A stretch of 50,077 bases of DNA from assembly GCA_032718475.1 (NCBI GenBank), contig JAUCBJ010002688.1, positions 1 through 50,077 of the forward strand, read 5' to 3'. A program made the translations under genes and the position numbers. Shown here piece by piece: positions 25,458-38,300 of this stretch. Position 1 is the first letter of the stretch, and each line of letters opens with the position of its first letter. The stretch comes from Nemertoderma westbladi. Lineage: Eukaryota > Animalia > Xenacoelomorpha. Under the pieces are notes generated by a model that saw only the letters and a program-made list of their open reading frames with translations, did no database searches and was not told the origin of the DNA.

Positions 25458-26719
25458 ACTTTCGCACTTTCCCACCTTCAAAATAAGACTTCAACACTTT
25501 CAAATTTACACTTTCGCACTTCAAATTTACACTTTCGCACTTTCAAAAGAACACTCTCACTCTTCCAAAGGATAATAAAAAATGAAAAACTGAAATTTCA
25601 ATAAAAAGTGAATGAAAAAATGATAAATGATAATAAAATGAAACTTTCAAATTTTAAAAGTTGCTTGGCCGTTATGGACCACCGTATGGATCCTCATCGG
25701 AAAGAAACATTTAATTAATTTATTAATATTTACATGAAAAGCAAATTAATGAAATATATCTTTGACGTATTTTTGGACAATTGTGGTAATTTCTGTAGTT
25801 GTTATACTTTACTTTAATATATACAGTACAATAATATATAATATAATATATACAATAATATGCTTAAATGTTGTAAGATAATATCGTAATGAAATAAAAA
25901 ATTGTAATCCTAACAATAATGGATAACTTTTCATAAATAAATGTCAAGAATGAAGTTAGTTCCTATGAAATTCTTCCTTTGTTTGAAAAATACATGGTTT
26001 TCTTTTCCTTTTCTTCATGTTGTATTTAATCTGAATGGAAGCTGCCTTGTGGTTGGCCAATATCGATGGCTAAATCATACTCCCAGCCTAACTGAGAGAA
26101 ACAACAACCAGTGTTTGGTGGCCCCTGTCAGCGCGTATCGTTCATTTTAATAGTTAGTTGGTGGCTGCAGGTTCCTCCTATACAGGGTGCTAGGCAACAC
26201 AGCAAACATACATTAATAATAATGATTGATAACTTCGATTTACTAGTTACGCTCAATTCTTGATATTGCAGATTGAATGTCGTTGACGCTCTACGCTTTC
26301 TATACTGACAGACAGAAATGACGTCAATATGAATAAATAGCATCTGAGGGGCAATATGTATATAGGCCTAATATATATATATCGTTTATTTAAGTAACTA
26401 TTATTGCTAATGAAATTATAATGCTTTGATAATTATATTATTAAAGCAAATATTTTTTCAAATGCTTGTTTCAGTTTCTTTATTAACTAAATTATGTACT
26501 AAGATAGTAGCTAGGGGAACCGCACGGGATTGATAATAGTTACACTTACGGAGGGAGCGCACGGCGCGGTAAATTATGTTTTTTAGTTACAGAAGCAAGT
26601 TTTATTTGATGACGAACGTTAAAGCTTCATTGATGATAGTTGAACACGTGCACAAATGAAATGTCATAAGCCATCCACCACCCCACGTCCATATGTGGGA
26701 CACCACCATCCACCACCAC

Positions 26720-29700
26720 CATACGTGGGAGGGAGGTGGGTGGGAATGTGGTTGGAGGGGAATGTGGGAAGCTGGGTGGAATGTGGGAAGGTAGATGGGA
26801 ATGTGGGAAGATAGATGCGAATGTGGGAAGGTGGGGAAGGTGGATGGGAATGTGGGAAGGTGGACGGGAGTGTGGAAAGGTGGGTGGGAATGTCGGAAGA
26901 TGGGAATGTGGGAAGGTAGATGGCAATATGAGAAGATAGGAATGTGCGAGATGGGAATGTGGGAAGGTGGATGGGAATGTGGGAAGGTGGGTGGGAATGT
27001 GGGAAGGAGGATGGGGAAGAGGGAAGATGGGAATGTGGGAATATGGATGGGAAAGAGGGAAGATGGGAATGTGGGAAGATGGGAATGTGGGAAGGTGGAT
27101 GGCAATGTTGGAAGGTGAATTGGAAGGTGGATGGGAATGTGGGAAGGTGGATGGGAAAGAGGGAGGATGGGAATGTGGGAAGATGAGAATGTGGGAAGGT
27201 AGATGGGAATGTGGGAAGATGAGAATGTGGGAAGGTAGATGGGAATGTTGGAAGGTGAATGGGGATGTGGGAAGGTGGGTGGGAATGTGGGAAGGTGGAT
27301 GGGAAAGAGGGAAGATGGGAATGTGGGAAGATGGGAATGTGGGAAGGTGGATGGGAATGGGGAAGGTGGATGGGAAAGAGGGAAGATGGGAATGTGGGAA
27401 GATGGGAATGTGGGAAGGTGGATGGGAAAGTTGGAAGGTGAATGGGAATGTGGGAAGGTGGGTGGGAATGTCGGAAGATGGGAATGTGGGAAGATGGATG
27501 GGACGGAGGGAAGGTGAGTGCGAATGCGAGAAGGTGGACGGGAATGTGTAAAGGCGGGTGGGAATGTAGGAAGTTGGGAATGTGGGAAGGTGGGTGGGAA
27601 TGTGGGAATATGGGAATGTGGGAATGTGGATGGGAATGTGGGAAGATGGATGGGAATGTGGGAATCGTGAATGGGAATGTGGGAAGTTTGATGGGAAAGA
27701 GGGAAGATGGGAATGTGGGAAGATGGATGGGAATGTGGGAAGGTGGGTGAGAATGTAGGAAGCTGGAAAGCTGGGAATGTAGGAAGGTGGATGGGAATGT
27801 GGGAAGGTGGATTGGAATGTGGGAAGATGGATGGGAATGTGGGAAGGTGGATGGGAATGTGGGAAGATAGGAATGTGGGAAGGTGGTTGGAAGGGCATTT
27901 GGGCAGATGGGAATGTGGGAATTTGGGTAGGAATGTTGGAATATGGAATGTTGCAAGATGGGAAGGAAGGGCTCCACCTTCTCACCTTCCCACATTCCCA
28001 AACGCATTCCCATTTTCCCACATTCACGCCTTCCCTCTTCCTTCCCAAATTCCTTTCTACCTCCCCCCATTCCCACCTTCCTACATTCCCTCGGCCTTCC
28101 CACAACAATCCTTTCCACCTTCCCACATTCCCATCTTCCTACATTCTCACCCACCAACCCACATTCTCTTCTTCTCACATCCCCATCCAAAATGCCCTTT
28201 TCCACATTCTCATATTTCAACGTTCCCACCCACCTTCCCACATTCCTATTCACCTTCCCACATTCCCACCCACCTTCACACAATCCTATCTTCCCACATT
28301 CCCTTCAACATTAACACATTCCCATCTTCCCAAATTCCCATCTTCCTACATTCCCATCCATCTTCCCAACTTCCAATCATCTTACATTCCCATCTTCCCA
28401 CATTCCAACCTTCCTACATTCCTTTCTACCTTCTCAAATTCCCTTCTTCCCAAATTTCCCCTATCTTCCCACATTCCTTTCTACCTTCCCACATTCCCAT
28501 CCACCTTCCCACATTCCCATATTCCGACATTCCCATCCACCGTCCCATCTTCCTACATTCCCACCTTCCCTCTAACTTCCCACATTACTTTCTACCTTCC
28601 CATATACCCGCCTTCCCACATTCCCATCCACCTTCCCACATTTCCACATTCCCTCTACCTTCCCACATTCCCTCTACCTTCCACATTTCCATCCACCTTC
28701 CCACATTTCCACCCGCCTTCCCACATTCCTATCTTCCCACATTCCCATCCACCTTAACACATTCCCATCTTCCCAAATTCCCATCTTCCTACATTCCCAT
28801 CCATCTTCCCAACTTCCAATCATCCTACTTTCCCATCTTCCCACATTTCCACCTTCCCACATTCCCATCTTCCGACATTCCTATCCACTTTCCCACATTC
28901 CCACCTTCACACATTCATTTCTACCTTTCCCATCCGTATCCACAATCCCTATTCCCGCATTACCATAATCCACGTTAGATGATAGGTTATGGATGGACGT
29001 TAGTAACAAGCTCAGCAGTAAGAAACTCAGCCAATGCATCAATTGGTGGAGTAGGAATTCTGCTAAGCCCATTTGCACTTAAGATCCTAAACAACATCGA
29101 ATCTATAAATTCCAGGGATATGATCGCAACATTTGATGGGAATCCCAAGACAACAGTTATATGTTGCTACAGTCCAAACAATGCCTCAGAGACAGAACAA
29201 GCAGTCAAGTTTTATGAAGATTTGACTGGTCTTATAAAGAACATTCCGAAACACAATGTTAAAGTCATTGCTGGTGACCTGAATTTGCAAATTGGCCCAG
29301 AAGACATAAAGGGTTACACCTATAACACCAGTTCTCACAGACATGGGTACTTACTTTTAGAACTTACTTAGAACTTACTTATGTACTTACTTAGAATGTG
29401 AATTGATACCAACAAACAACACATTCGAAAAGAGTAAGGGGAAGCTACGGACCTTTCAATACACTAATGGAACCAAAGCACAACTGGATTACATCCTTAT
29501 AAACAAAAAATGGAGAAACAGCATGATCAACTGCGAGGCATACAGCTCGTTCAACCTAATTGGTTCGGGCCATAGAAATGTGAATGCAGAGATCAGACTC
29601 AGTTTGAGAGCCAGCAAATCCAGGACAAGCAAGCAAATCAACTATGACTGTGAGAAACTCAGAACTGACAATGCAGTAAGGATGCTTACACAGTAGAAGT

Positions 29701-31922
29701 TCAAAACCGCTTTGAAGCACTTCAGTCAATGGATGAAGACCAGTCCACCGATTCAATATACCAGAATATAATAACAATCCACCAGAAATCAGCTAAGAGG
29801 CATATCCCCCAGAAACCCAAACGAAAACAGTATGTGCCATGGCTAAACTCTGAGGTTAAGTGTAAGAGAGAAGATCTTAAGATAGCCTACAATGTTAAAA
29901 CCGAACAACCAACAACCGAAAATATTAACAAGGTTGAGAAAGCTAAGGACGATCTTAACTTGGCCTACAACATCAGCCAGGAAAAGTACATACAGGATAA
30001 AATTGAAGCAATTACAACTGCTCACATACAGCAACAATCAAGACTTACCTGGCAAACTGTAAATGAGGAATCTGGTCGGAAAAGTTGTGCAAAGGGGCTC
30101 CTCAAAGACGATAGTCCTGAAGAACGTGTTGGGAAGTGGAAAAACCACTTCAGCAACTTGCTTGGGCAGCCAACAAACATCGAGGTCAGCCCTACAAGGA
30201 AAATATATGACAAGACACTACCTATAGAAACAGGGGACTTCACACCTGCCGAACTCCAAAGGAGCATTAAAAGCATGTCCAATAATAAAGCGAGTGGATT
30301 AGATGAAATCCCAGCGGAGGTATGGAAAACAGGAGTGCTAAACAGACCATTATTGAATGTTTGCAACCGGATGTTAAAAGGGGAAAAGCCACCACCAATT
30401 TGGACTAATGGTCTACTAAAGCCTCTCCCCAAGAAAGGAGACCTCGGTATACCAACAAACTATCGTGGGATCTGTCTGCTTGTGGTAGCTGCCAAAATAT
30501 ACAATAAAATGATTCTATATAGAATTAGGCCTCACATAGAGAAACTACTGCGTAAGAGCCAAAACGGATTTCGACCAAGTAGATCAACAATATCTCAGAT
30601 ACTTGCACTACGGAGACTGATTGAAGGAATTAAGTCAAAGAATCTCCCCGCAGTTATGACTTTTGTGGACTTCAAAAAGGCTAATAGAGCTAAAATGCTT
30701 GAAATCCTAAGAGCTTATGGAATACCAGAAGTAATTGTTGCTGCCATCGCATTGTTATATTGTGACACAGAAGCGCAGGTACTCTCACCAGATGGTGAAA
30801 CTGAGTTTTTCTCAATCCTGGCTGGCGTACTGCAAGGTGATACATTAGCACCATTACTATTTGTAATTGTGCTGGATTACGCAATGAGGACGACCACAAA
30901 GGGTGAAGATCTGGGATTCACACTTCAAGAATGCAGAAGTGGTAGATATCCGTCAACTACAGTCACAGACGCCGACTTTGCGGATGACATCGCACTGCTC
31001 TCTAATACGCTAGCAGATGCACAGCTTCTACTAAATAAAGTGGAGAGGGCTGCTAAAGAGGTTGGATTGCATATAAATGCTACCAAAACCGAATTCATAC
31101 CTTTAATGTTGATGGAAACTTGACTTTCATTGATAATAATCAACTAAGGAAGGTCGACGACTTCCAGTACCTTGGATCATGGATAGAGAGTAGCGAAAAG
31201 GACATAGAAGTTAGGAAAGCAAAGGCTTGGGTAGCTCTATCAAAAATGGATACCATCTGGAAATCAGATCTCTCCAGGCACCTGAAGACTAAGTTCTTTC
31301 GAGCCACAGTGGAAAGTGTATTTTTATATGGGGGTGAGACCTGGACACTGACTAAATCACTTGAACAACGAATTGATGGTTGCTACACAAGACTACTAAG
31401 GGCAGCCCTAAACATCAGCTGGAAACAACACATTACAAACGCCGAGCTTTATGGTACAATACCACATGTATCAACCACCCTCCGTGAACGCAGATTAAGA
31501 TTCAGTGGGCACTACTGGCGAAGTAAAGACGAGGCCATACCAGATCTACTTTTCTGGCAACCAACTCATGGAAAGCGTAGTCGTGGACGACTGGCCATAA
31601 CATATATAGATCGACTTGAAAGGGATACTGAACTTGGGAGAAACGAAATTGCGACAACTATGGAGAATCAGGAAGCCTGGAAGGATATAATTTCCACTGT
31701 CCCAGTTCGCTCGACCTAGTCCATCTTCGCAACTTCCCATCATCCTACATTCCCATCTTTTCAGATTCCCACATTACCACATTCCCATCTTCCTACATTC
31801 CCATCCACCTTCCCACATTCCCACCGGCCACTCCAGATTCCCACCCACCTTCCCATATTCCCATCACCCTACATTCCCACCCACCTTCCCGTCTTCCCAC
31901 ATTCTCATCTTCCAACATTTCC
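26720..31922. repeat. Foldback of GGGAATGTGGGAAG(GTG)GAT minisatellite: purine-rich arm 26720-27970, complementary arm 27975-28960 plus 31720-31922
   Basis: 16/20-bp units switch strand at ~27972; right arm interrupted by a LINE. Confidence 0.9.
28961..31719 (+). mobile_element. RTE-like non-LTR retrotransposon family B, 5'-truncated within APE, several stops and frameshifts
   Basis: GWTLVTSSA, CYSPNN, QLDYILINKKW, PKKGDL...NYRGI, GVLQGDTLAP, DADFADD, RRLRFSGHYWR; protein clearly diverged from family A. Confidence 0.95.
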
Positions 31923-32236
31923 ATGATTAAATAAAAAATGAAAACAGAATAAAAACGTACCGGTATAAGAAAATAAAATAGAAGTAGAACAACACTCAAC
32001 TGTATTTTAATAAACATAATGAGTATAGTAAGCTACATGTAGGTAGGTACATAATAGTTCGGTCTAATGTGGTTTTCAAAACTCAAATAATAACAAACTC
32101 AAGGATTTAAGTAATACTTTTACAATAACTTATAAAAAAATTTTTTTGTTTACTTTGTTAATAAATAATAAAACAAGAACGATTATATTAAATTTATTGC
32201 TAAGATAAGATAGTAATTAATAGTGTTAGATGATAA

Positions 32237-33813
32237 GTGTTGTTACCAACCAATCCCGGAAAAAATAACACAATCGCAATGATAACCTATCTAAAAATAG
32301 TGTTATTTTAGTCCTAGGAAAAAATAACACATTTATTTTTCAATACTCCGGTATCTGCAATCTGCATGTTAAAATTATATTTATGCCAAGGACTACTATT
32401 AATACTACAGTAGTATAGTAGTCCTTGATTTATGCCTGTTTGCAGTATACAGTAGTTAGCTTACGGTACCGGTTACCTTTACTAACATGAGTGAAAGTGA
32501 AAGTAATAAGAATAAGACTATCGTAGGCCTATGGTATGTTTTCAGTTCAGATTGTAGGTAGACTGACTGCATGCATCGTACAGTACCGGTAGTGGTACCA
32601 CAGCTTCCTTTAAGGTCTCAATCACATCACTGCCTTGCAACTACAAAACCTACCTGACCGGTACGCCTACAGAACAGAGCATATTGGGCAATAATTTAAT
32701 GTACCGGTACTGGCAAACTAAACGGGAAATGCAGTACTGGTAGGCCTACACTACAAGTTCAGATTGCACACTCAACTCAGCCTACTCAGAGATCTTTTAC
32801 TTTCGGTATTTGACAATTATGGACAGCAGCATCCTGATCATGGCAGGAATGCCATTCTCAACAGTTTCTACGATTCTACCGTAAAGACGAACGTACCAGA
32901 CAGACAGACTTGTACCTACCAGTTGTAAATAACGTAGGTTTACATACTGCACATGCACAATGCTGTAGAACTACGGTACCGGTACAACGGTAATACAATT
33001 TAAGAAATTCCACTAAAAATATTATATTTTACTTTTTTCGCCAGGAAAAAAAGTTAAATGTTTTCTCCAGATTTTGGTCTAAATTCGGGCGAAAAAGTAA
33101 CAATTTAAGAATAAATAATTATTTATTACATGGGAAAAAAATTAGAACTTTTTTTCATTATTCTCGAGGCATTTTATTTCCGAGCTTCAGCGAGGTTAAT
33201 AAAGGGTTGAGAGAATATTGAGAAACAAAATGTTCTACTTTTTTCTCATATACTGTAAACTGTAATACGTAAGTTTATTCTTAAGTTAAATTGGTACATC
33301 GTATACAGTATGGTAAGCCTACATTCACCTATTCTCACACGAATGGTTCTGTCTACATTGTGTCTCACCCAATTCCACACGATGTAACGCTCTCAGCTGT
33401 CCCGAGTAGACTCCCATCACTATCATCGTGTTACCTATACATACTGTGGAATGGAAATAAATTCTAGTATTTTCCATCATTTATTTTATATTACTTTATT
33501 ATTTAATCTATTATATTTATTTGTTTTTTTTACTTTATTCCAGTTTACCCGCCAGGGGGAAATTGTTAGGCATAGGCCCGCTCATGTTATTTATTTATTT
33601 TATGCCTTGGCCGCTCGTGTTATTTATTAATTTGTAATTAGTGTCTCCCCCCAAAATTTCCAAGCCCCATTTTTATATTTCTACCCCCAAACAAAACCCT
33701 TTTAGAAATCTAGGGTATCTGGATGGGTTTGGTATATTGTAAATTAATAGTGGCTTCTTGATATAAACATGATGTAGTTGGTTATTTTTTCCGAGATTAG
33801 TTGGTAACAACAC
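32237..33813. repeat. ~35-bp imperfect inverted repeat pair, possible MITE remnant
   Basis: GTGTTGTTACCAACCAATCCCGGAAAAAATAAC (32237) vs GTTATTTTTTCCGAGATTAGTTGGTAACAACAC (33781-33813); no TSD identified. Confidence 0.45.
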
Positions 33814-34746
33814 ATTTATTACCCTGATATTTTGTTATTTTTCCGGTTATTTTAACCCTCGGAACAGGATATATTCCTCAAGAGTGGGTGTCCTTGAGGT
33901 AAGTTGATGATGGTATTGCCATCATGCTATTCATTCACTACAGGAAATTAATTAGAAGATGGAGTTATCTCAGCCGTTGTTCGGACACTTCCCCCCCGGA
34001 CACTTCCCCCCCAGACACTTCCCCCCCCCCCGGACACTCCCCCCCCCCCCCGATTGTTCTTAACTTCGCACATTTGTATTTTTCATTTTGTAAGGTAAAC
34101 GGACCGCTTGTATCCAGACAAGTTGAATCCAATTTTCCTTTCGTAGCTCAGAAAGTGATCTTTTGCATCCCGATTTTACATTTTATATCCAAGTTTTATT
34201 TATGGGTTTTATCAATGCAATTACATCGTATTGTTTGCTAATCTTTAAACAATTAATTAGATGACCTATAAATTCCATCCCCTGAATGATATACTGTTTT
34301 TATTAACTATAGAATTATAATAATTAATTGTTTTAATTATAGGTATTATTATATAATAGTCTTCTTCAAATTGTAGCAGATGGGGATGAATATTATTGTT
34401 GCAATCAAAATTATACCCAGGGTAAAATCGACATGCGTCGACCTGTATTCTGTGTTCAACATTACATATTGATATACATATTACTATACATACTATATAG
34501 ATATTATACACACTACATATTAAATTTCCTGGTTACTTGCAATATTTTTAATAGGATTTTGTTGAATTATATAATATTGTCGTAATTTATATATTAATTT
34601 GGTTAACATTCAATACAGCTCCTACTTTAGGCTTAGTCAATTTATTATCTGATGATACAAACATGAATTGATTATTTCAAAACGGTCTCAAAGTCTTTCA
34701 CCACAGGCACACAGGGAAATGCCGGGGTTTGGGGGCAGCAGCCCTG

Positions 34747-35085
34747 CGCCAACCAACTGTCAAGCTGGTTGACAGACCTTGTGTGGTCACTAGTTAGAAC
34801 ACACTGGGTGACGTCATACTGCTATGTGTAAGACCGGTCCCCCAGTGAGCAGGGTCTGACTATCGGATTACCTGGCTCTGCACGCTTGCGGATCTGTATC
34901 ACCTTTACCCCGACTGCTGGATAGCAGACCTGCTCCTTTATCGTGATACTGCTTATGTGTATGACCGTATTGCTACTGTAACCATTTACCTTTGTTATAT
35001 GTAACATTATTACCCAGTATAAGTTATACGTTAATACACCAGTCACCTACGTGTCCGCGACACTTGTTCTTTTTACCCTCTGGCG
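34747..35085 (+). repeat. 5' LTR (339 bp)
   Basis: About 95% identical to 40040-40378 (16 mismatches by eye); begins CGCCA, ends TGGCG. Confidence 0.95.
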
Positions 35086-35096
35086 TGGTGGCAACG
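35086..35096 (+). promoter_or_regulatory. Primer-binding site, probably tRNA-Leu
   Basis: TGGTGGCAACG directly after the LTR; 10/11 match to the complement of the eukaryotic tRNA-Leu(AAG/UAG) 3' end CGCUGCCACCA. Confidence 0.65.
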
Positions 35097-35318
35097 TTTT
35101 GGAGTTCGATTCTCACTCCTCAGCCTGTCAGCAGCAAGTCAGAGTCGCTACACGTTCTCTTCACCAGGCGACCCGGGGTCGGAGCTCCCCCTGTCGTCTT
35201 CCTGCTATCCAGTCAGCCGTTACCGGTACCTACTGGCGATCCACCCACCAGTTAGGCTACTACTTACCTAACCGGTACTGCGGACTCACGCAGTACCCAA
35301 CCCGATCCACCATTCACC

Positions 35319-38300
35319 ATGGTGAATCAACACCTAAAGGCTCCACGTTTAGTTAAACTCACTACACTCACGAATCCATCACTTCATTTGAGTCCTGGCG
35401 CCAGACGTTGATTTATAGTCTGTCTCTCGACCCAGAGTTCGCGCAGTTTACCGCCGCTGATGCAGTATGGGAGAAGGCTTCTCCTGCGAGTCCGACCCGG
35501 GGTCTCATCGACGACGCCGCCGGTGTTCCGGATGCCCAACGACGTACCGCGCAGCAACAACTCGTCTCCTTCTTGTTCATGCTGGGCCAAATCGCCAACT
35601 ACGCGCAGGTTATCGCGCGTAACACCATCGTACTAAAATCAACATCTCTCTCATACGTCTGGCAGGCCCTCCGATTACATTATGGTTTTCAACAGACAGG
35701 CTCCCACTTCCTAGATCTCTCCACCATCCACCTCGAGCACGAGGAATGCCACAAAGACCTTTTCCAATATCTCGCAGCGTTTTTTGATGACAACCTCCTC
35801 TCACCCCTCGGGGGTATTACCCACCACGGCGAGCTCCCCACCGCCGTCGAGGAGATCTCCCTCACGGTGGAGAACTTCCTTGTGTTGACTTGGTTATGTC
35901 TCATCCATGAGGACTTACCGGCATTGGTTAAGCAACGATATGGCTGCGAACTTCGTTCCCGCACCTTGGCTTCCATCAAGGCCGAGATCAGCCAGGCAAT
36001 GCCGGTCCCTCTTGGAGGAGCTCCGCGTGTCAGCCGACGTGCGCACGTTCCGCTCCCAGATGACGGAGGTCCCCTCGCCCCCCGCGCTCGCCAGCCAGAC
36101 CCCCGTAGTTTACAGAACCACACACGACCTGCCCGGGTTTGCCCCCTGTGCAAGCAGGCGCAACGCAAGGACTTCAACCACTTCCTCAGTATCTGCCCAT
36201 TTCTCCCCGATCAGGATAAACAGTTCCTCGTCCGGACTCGCGCCGTCGATATCGCCGATTCCGCCAGTTCCAATGACGAGTTCGAGCCCCCCGATGATTC
36301 CCCAATGGGTTACAACCAACCACCAGCGGCCCGCTGGGTCGCTGTGATGCGTTCCCCCGTCTTGGAAGCCGATTATCAGTCCCGTCCACTTCGATTGCCA
36401 CTCGACAGTGGCGCAGAATCCGATCTCATCCGGGAGGCGTTCGCCCGCCAGAGCTGGGCGTCCTATATCTCCCCGAGTAGTTGCCAGGTTCCCGAACAGG
36501 CCGATGGACAGTCTAAGATGAAGGTTACCGGCGAAACGCGTTTCGTCGTCCACCGTGGCTCGATTCCCTTCGAGTTTAACGGTCTCGTCGTCCCGGAGCT
36601 CGGATGTCCCATCATTTGTGGAATGCCGTTCCTATACCGCAAAGATATAACGCTACGTCCCGCCCATATGACGATTACCCTACCGGACGGCACCACAATA
36701 CCCTTTGGAGGCCAGCACTCAACCTCCACGCGCCCGCGAAGACCCGAGTCCACACTGGTACGTGCATCTACCCGGTCCGTCGTAGTCTGGCCAGACGCGG
36801 ATCTCACTCTACCGGTAGCGAGTACCGTGCCCCTCTTACTGGCACCCCACCATCCATCTACGTCTCCGAACGAGCCCTGGTTCCAACTGTTCCTTGCCGA
36901 AGTGTGCGACGGTTCCATTGCCATCCGCAACGTCACCCAGATCCCCGTCAGGATCAAACGGAACTCTCACGTTTGCTTGGCAACACCCATCCAACCTGGC
37001 GGCAATACCGACCGCTGGCGTTGACACAGTCCCACCGCCTGCATCGCGCTCTACCCGTCTCCCCAACCCCCGTTCCGTTGACGGTGTACGCTTAGACCCC
37101 GACAACATCCTCACCAGCGCTGAACGCTGCCAGTTTACCGACGTCCTCGCCGCGCACTCCACAGTATTCGAAGCCGAGTACCCCGGATATAACGGCGCCG
37201 CAGGCCCCTACGAAGCCATTGTCAAAATGGGACCAACTCTACCCCCTCTCAACAGAAAGGGCGCGTACCACAATACGGCCGCAACCGCCTCATCGAGTTG
37301 CAGGACCGGTTCGACGAACTCGAACAACGTGGTGTCTTCGCTACACCCGAACATGCAGGGGTACATGTGGAGTATCTCAGTCCCTCCTTCCTCGTCGCCA
37401 AACCCAACGGAGGAACTCGTCTCGTTTCAGCCTTTAATGAGATCGCCCGGTATGCTAAACCCCAGCCATCACTCCTCCCTAGTGTCGAGTCTACCCTGCG
37501 CGAAATCGGCTCCTATAAGTTCCTCATCAAAACCGATTTAACGAGTGCGTTCTACCAGATCCCCATTAGTCGCAACTCCATGAAGTTCTGCGGTGTTGTT
37601 ACACCGTTCCGCGGTGTGCTAGTCTATACCCGCTGCGCCATGGGTATGCCCGGATCCGAGACTGCCTTGGAAGAACTGATGTGCCGTGTCCTCGGGGAAC
37701 TTATCAAGCAGGGTGCCGTCAGTAAACTCGCAGACGATTTGTATTGTGGCGGCAACACGATAGACGAATTAGCCGCAAATTTTAACGCGCGCTACTCACA
37801 GCCCTCGCATGCTCTTCTTTACGTTTATCCCCAAAGAAGACCGTCATTTGCCCGCATTCCACTACCATTCTTGGCTGGCAATGGACTGCTGGCTCCCTGA
37901 CCGCGTTGTCTCATGTCGTTTCAGCCCCCATAAACCTGACACTGTCCGGTCCCTCCGTTCCTTCTTCGTCCCTTACTTCGTTAATCAGCTTGCCGACGAA
38001 CCCATCATCCGTGCGGCGGTTCTCACCGAAGACCCCCCCCCCCCCCCCCCCTCCAGCGCGTCCCTTGTACGCCACCCATAGTACCTGGCTCGTCACCCAG
38101 CAGGAATGCGCATCTATCCGTCGCGCCAAGGTGCACCTCGCATAGGGTACGCATCCCTCCAAGAAGGAGACGATCATCCGCGACATTAAGCGGTACATCG
38201 GCTGCGCGTCCGTCGCCATGGACGGACTCCTCGTTGTTCCTCGACACCCCGCGTTCTCGGCTCCGCGGGAAATGATCGTTGTCCCTCGCCATGTGCTCTC

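Noticed and set aside
26602-28978. Pro/His/Ser-rich and Gly/Trp-rich ORFs up to 539 aa
   Set aside because: Low-complexity minisatellite lacking stop codons; open in multiple frames on both strands
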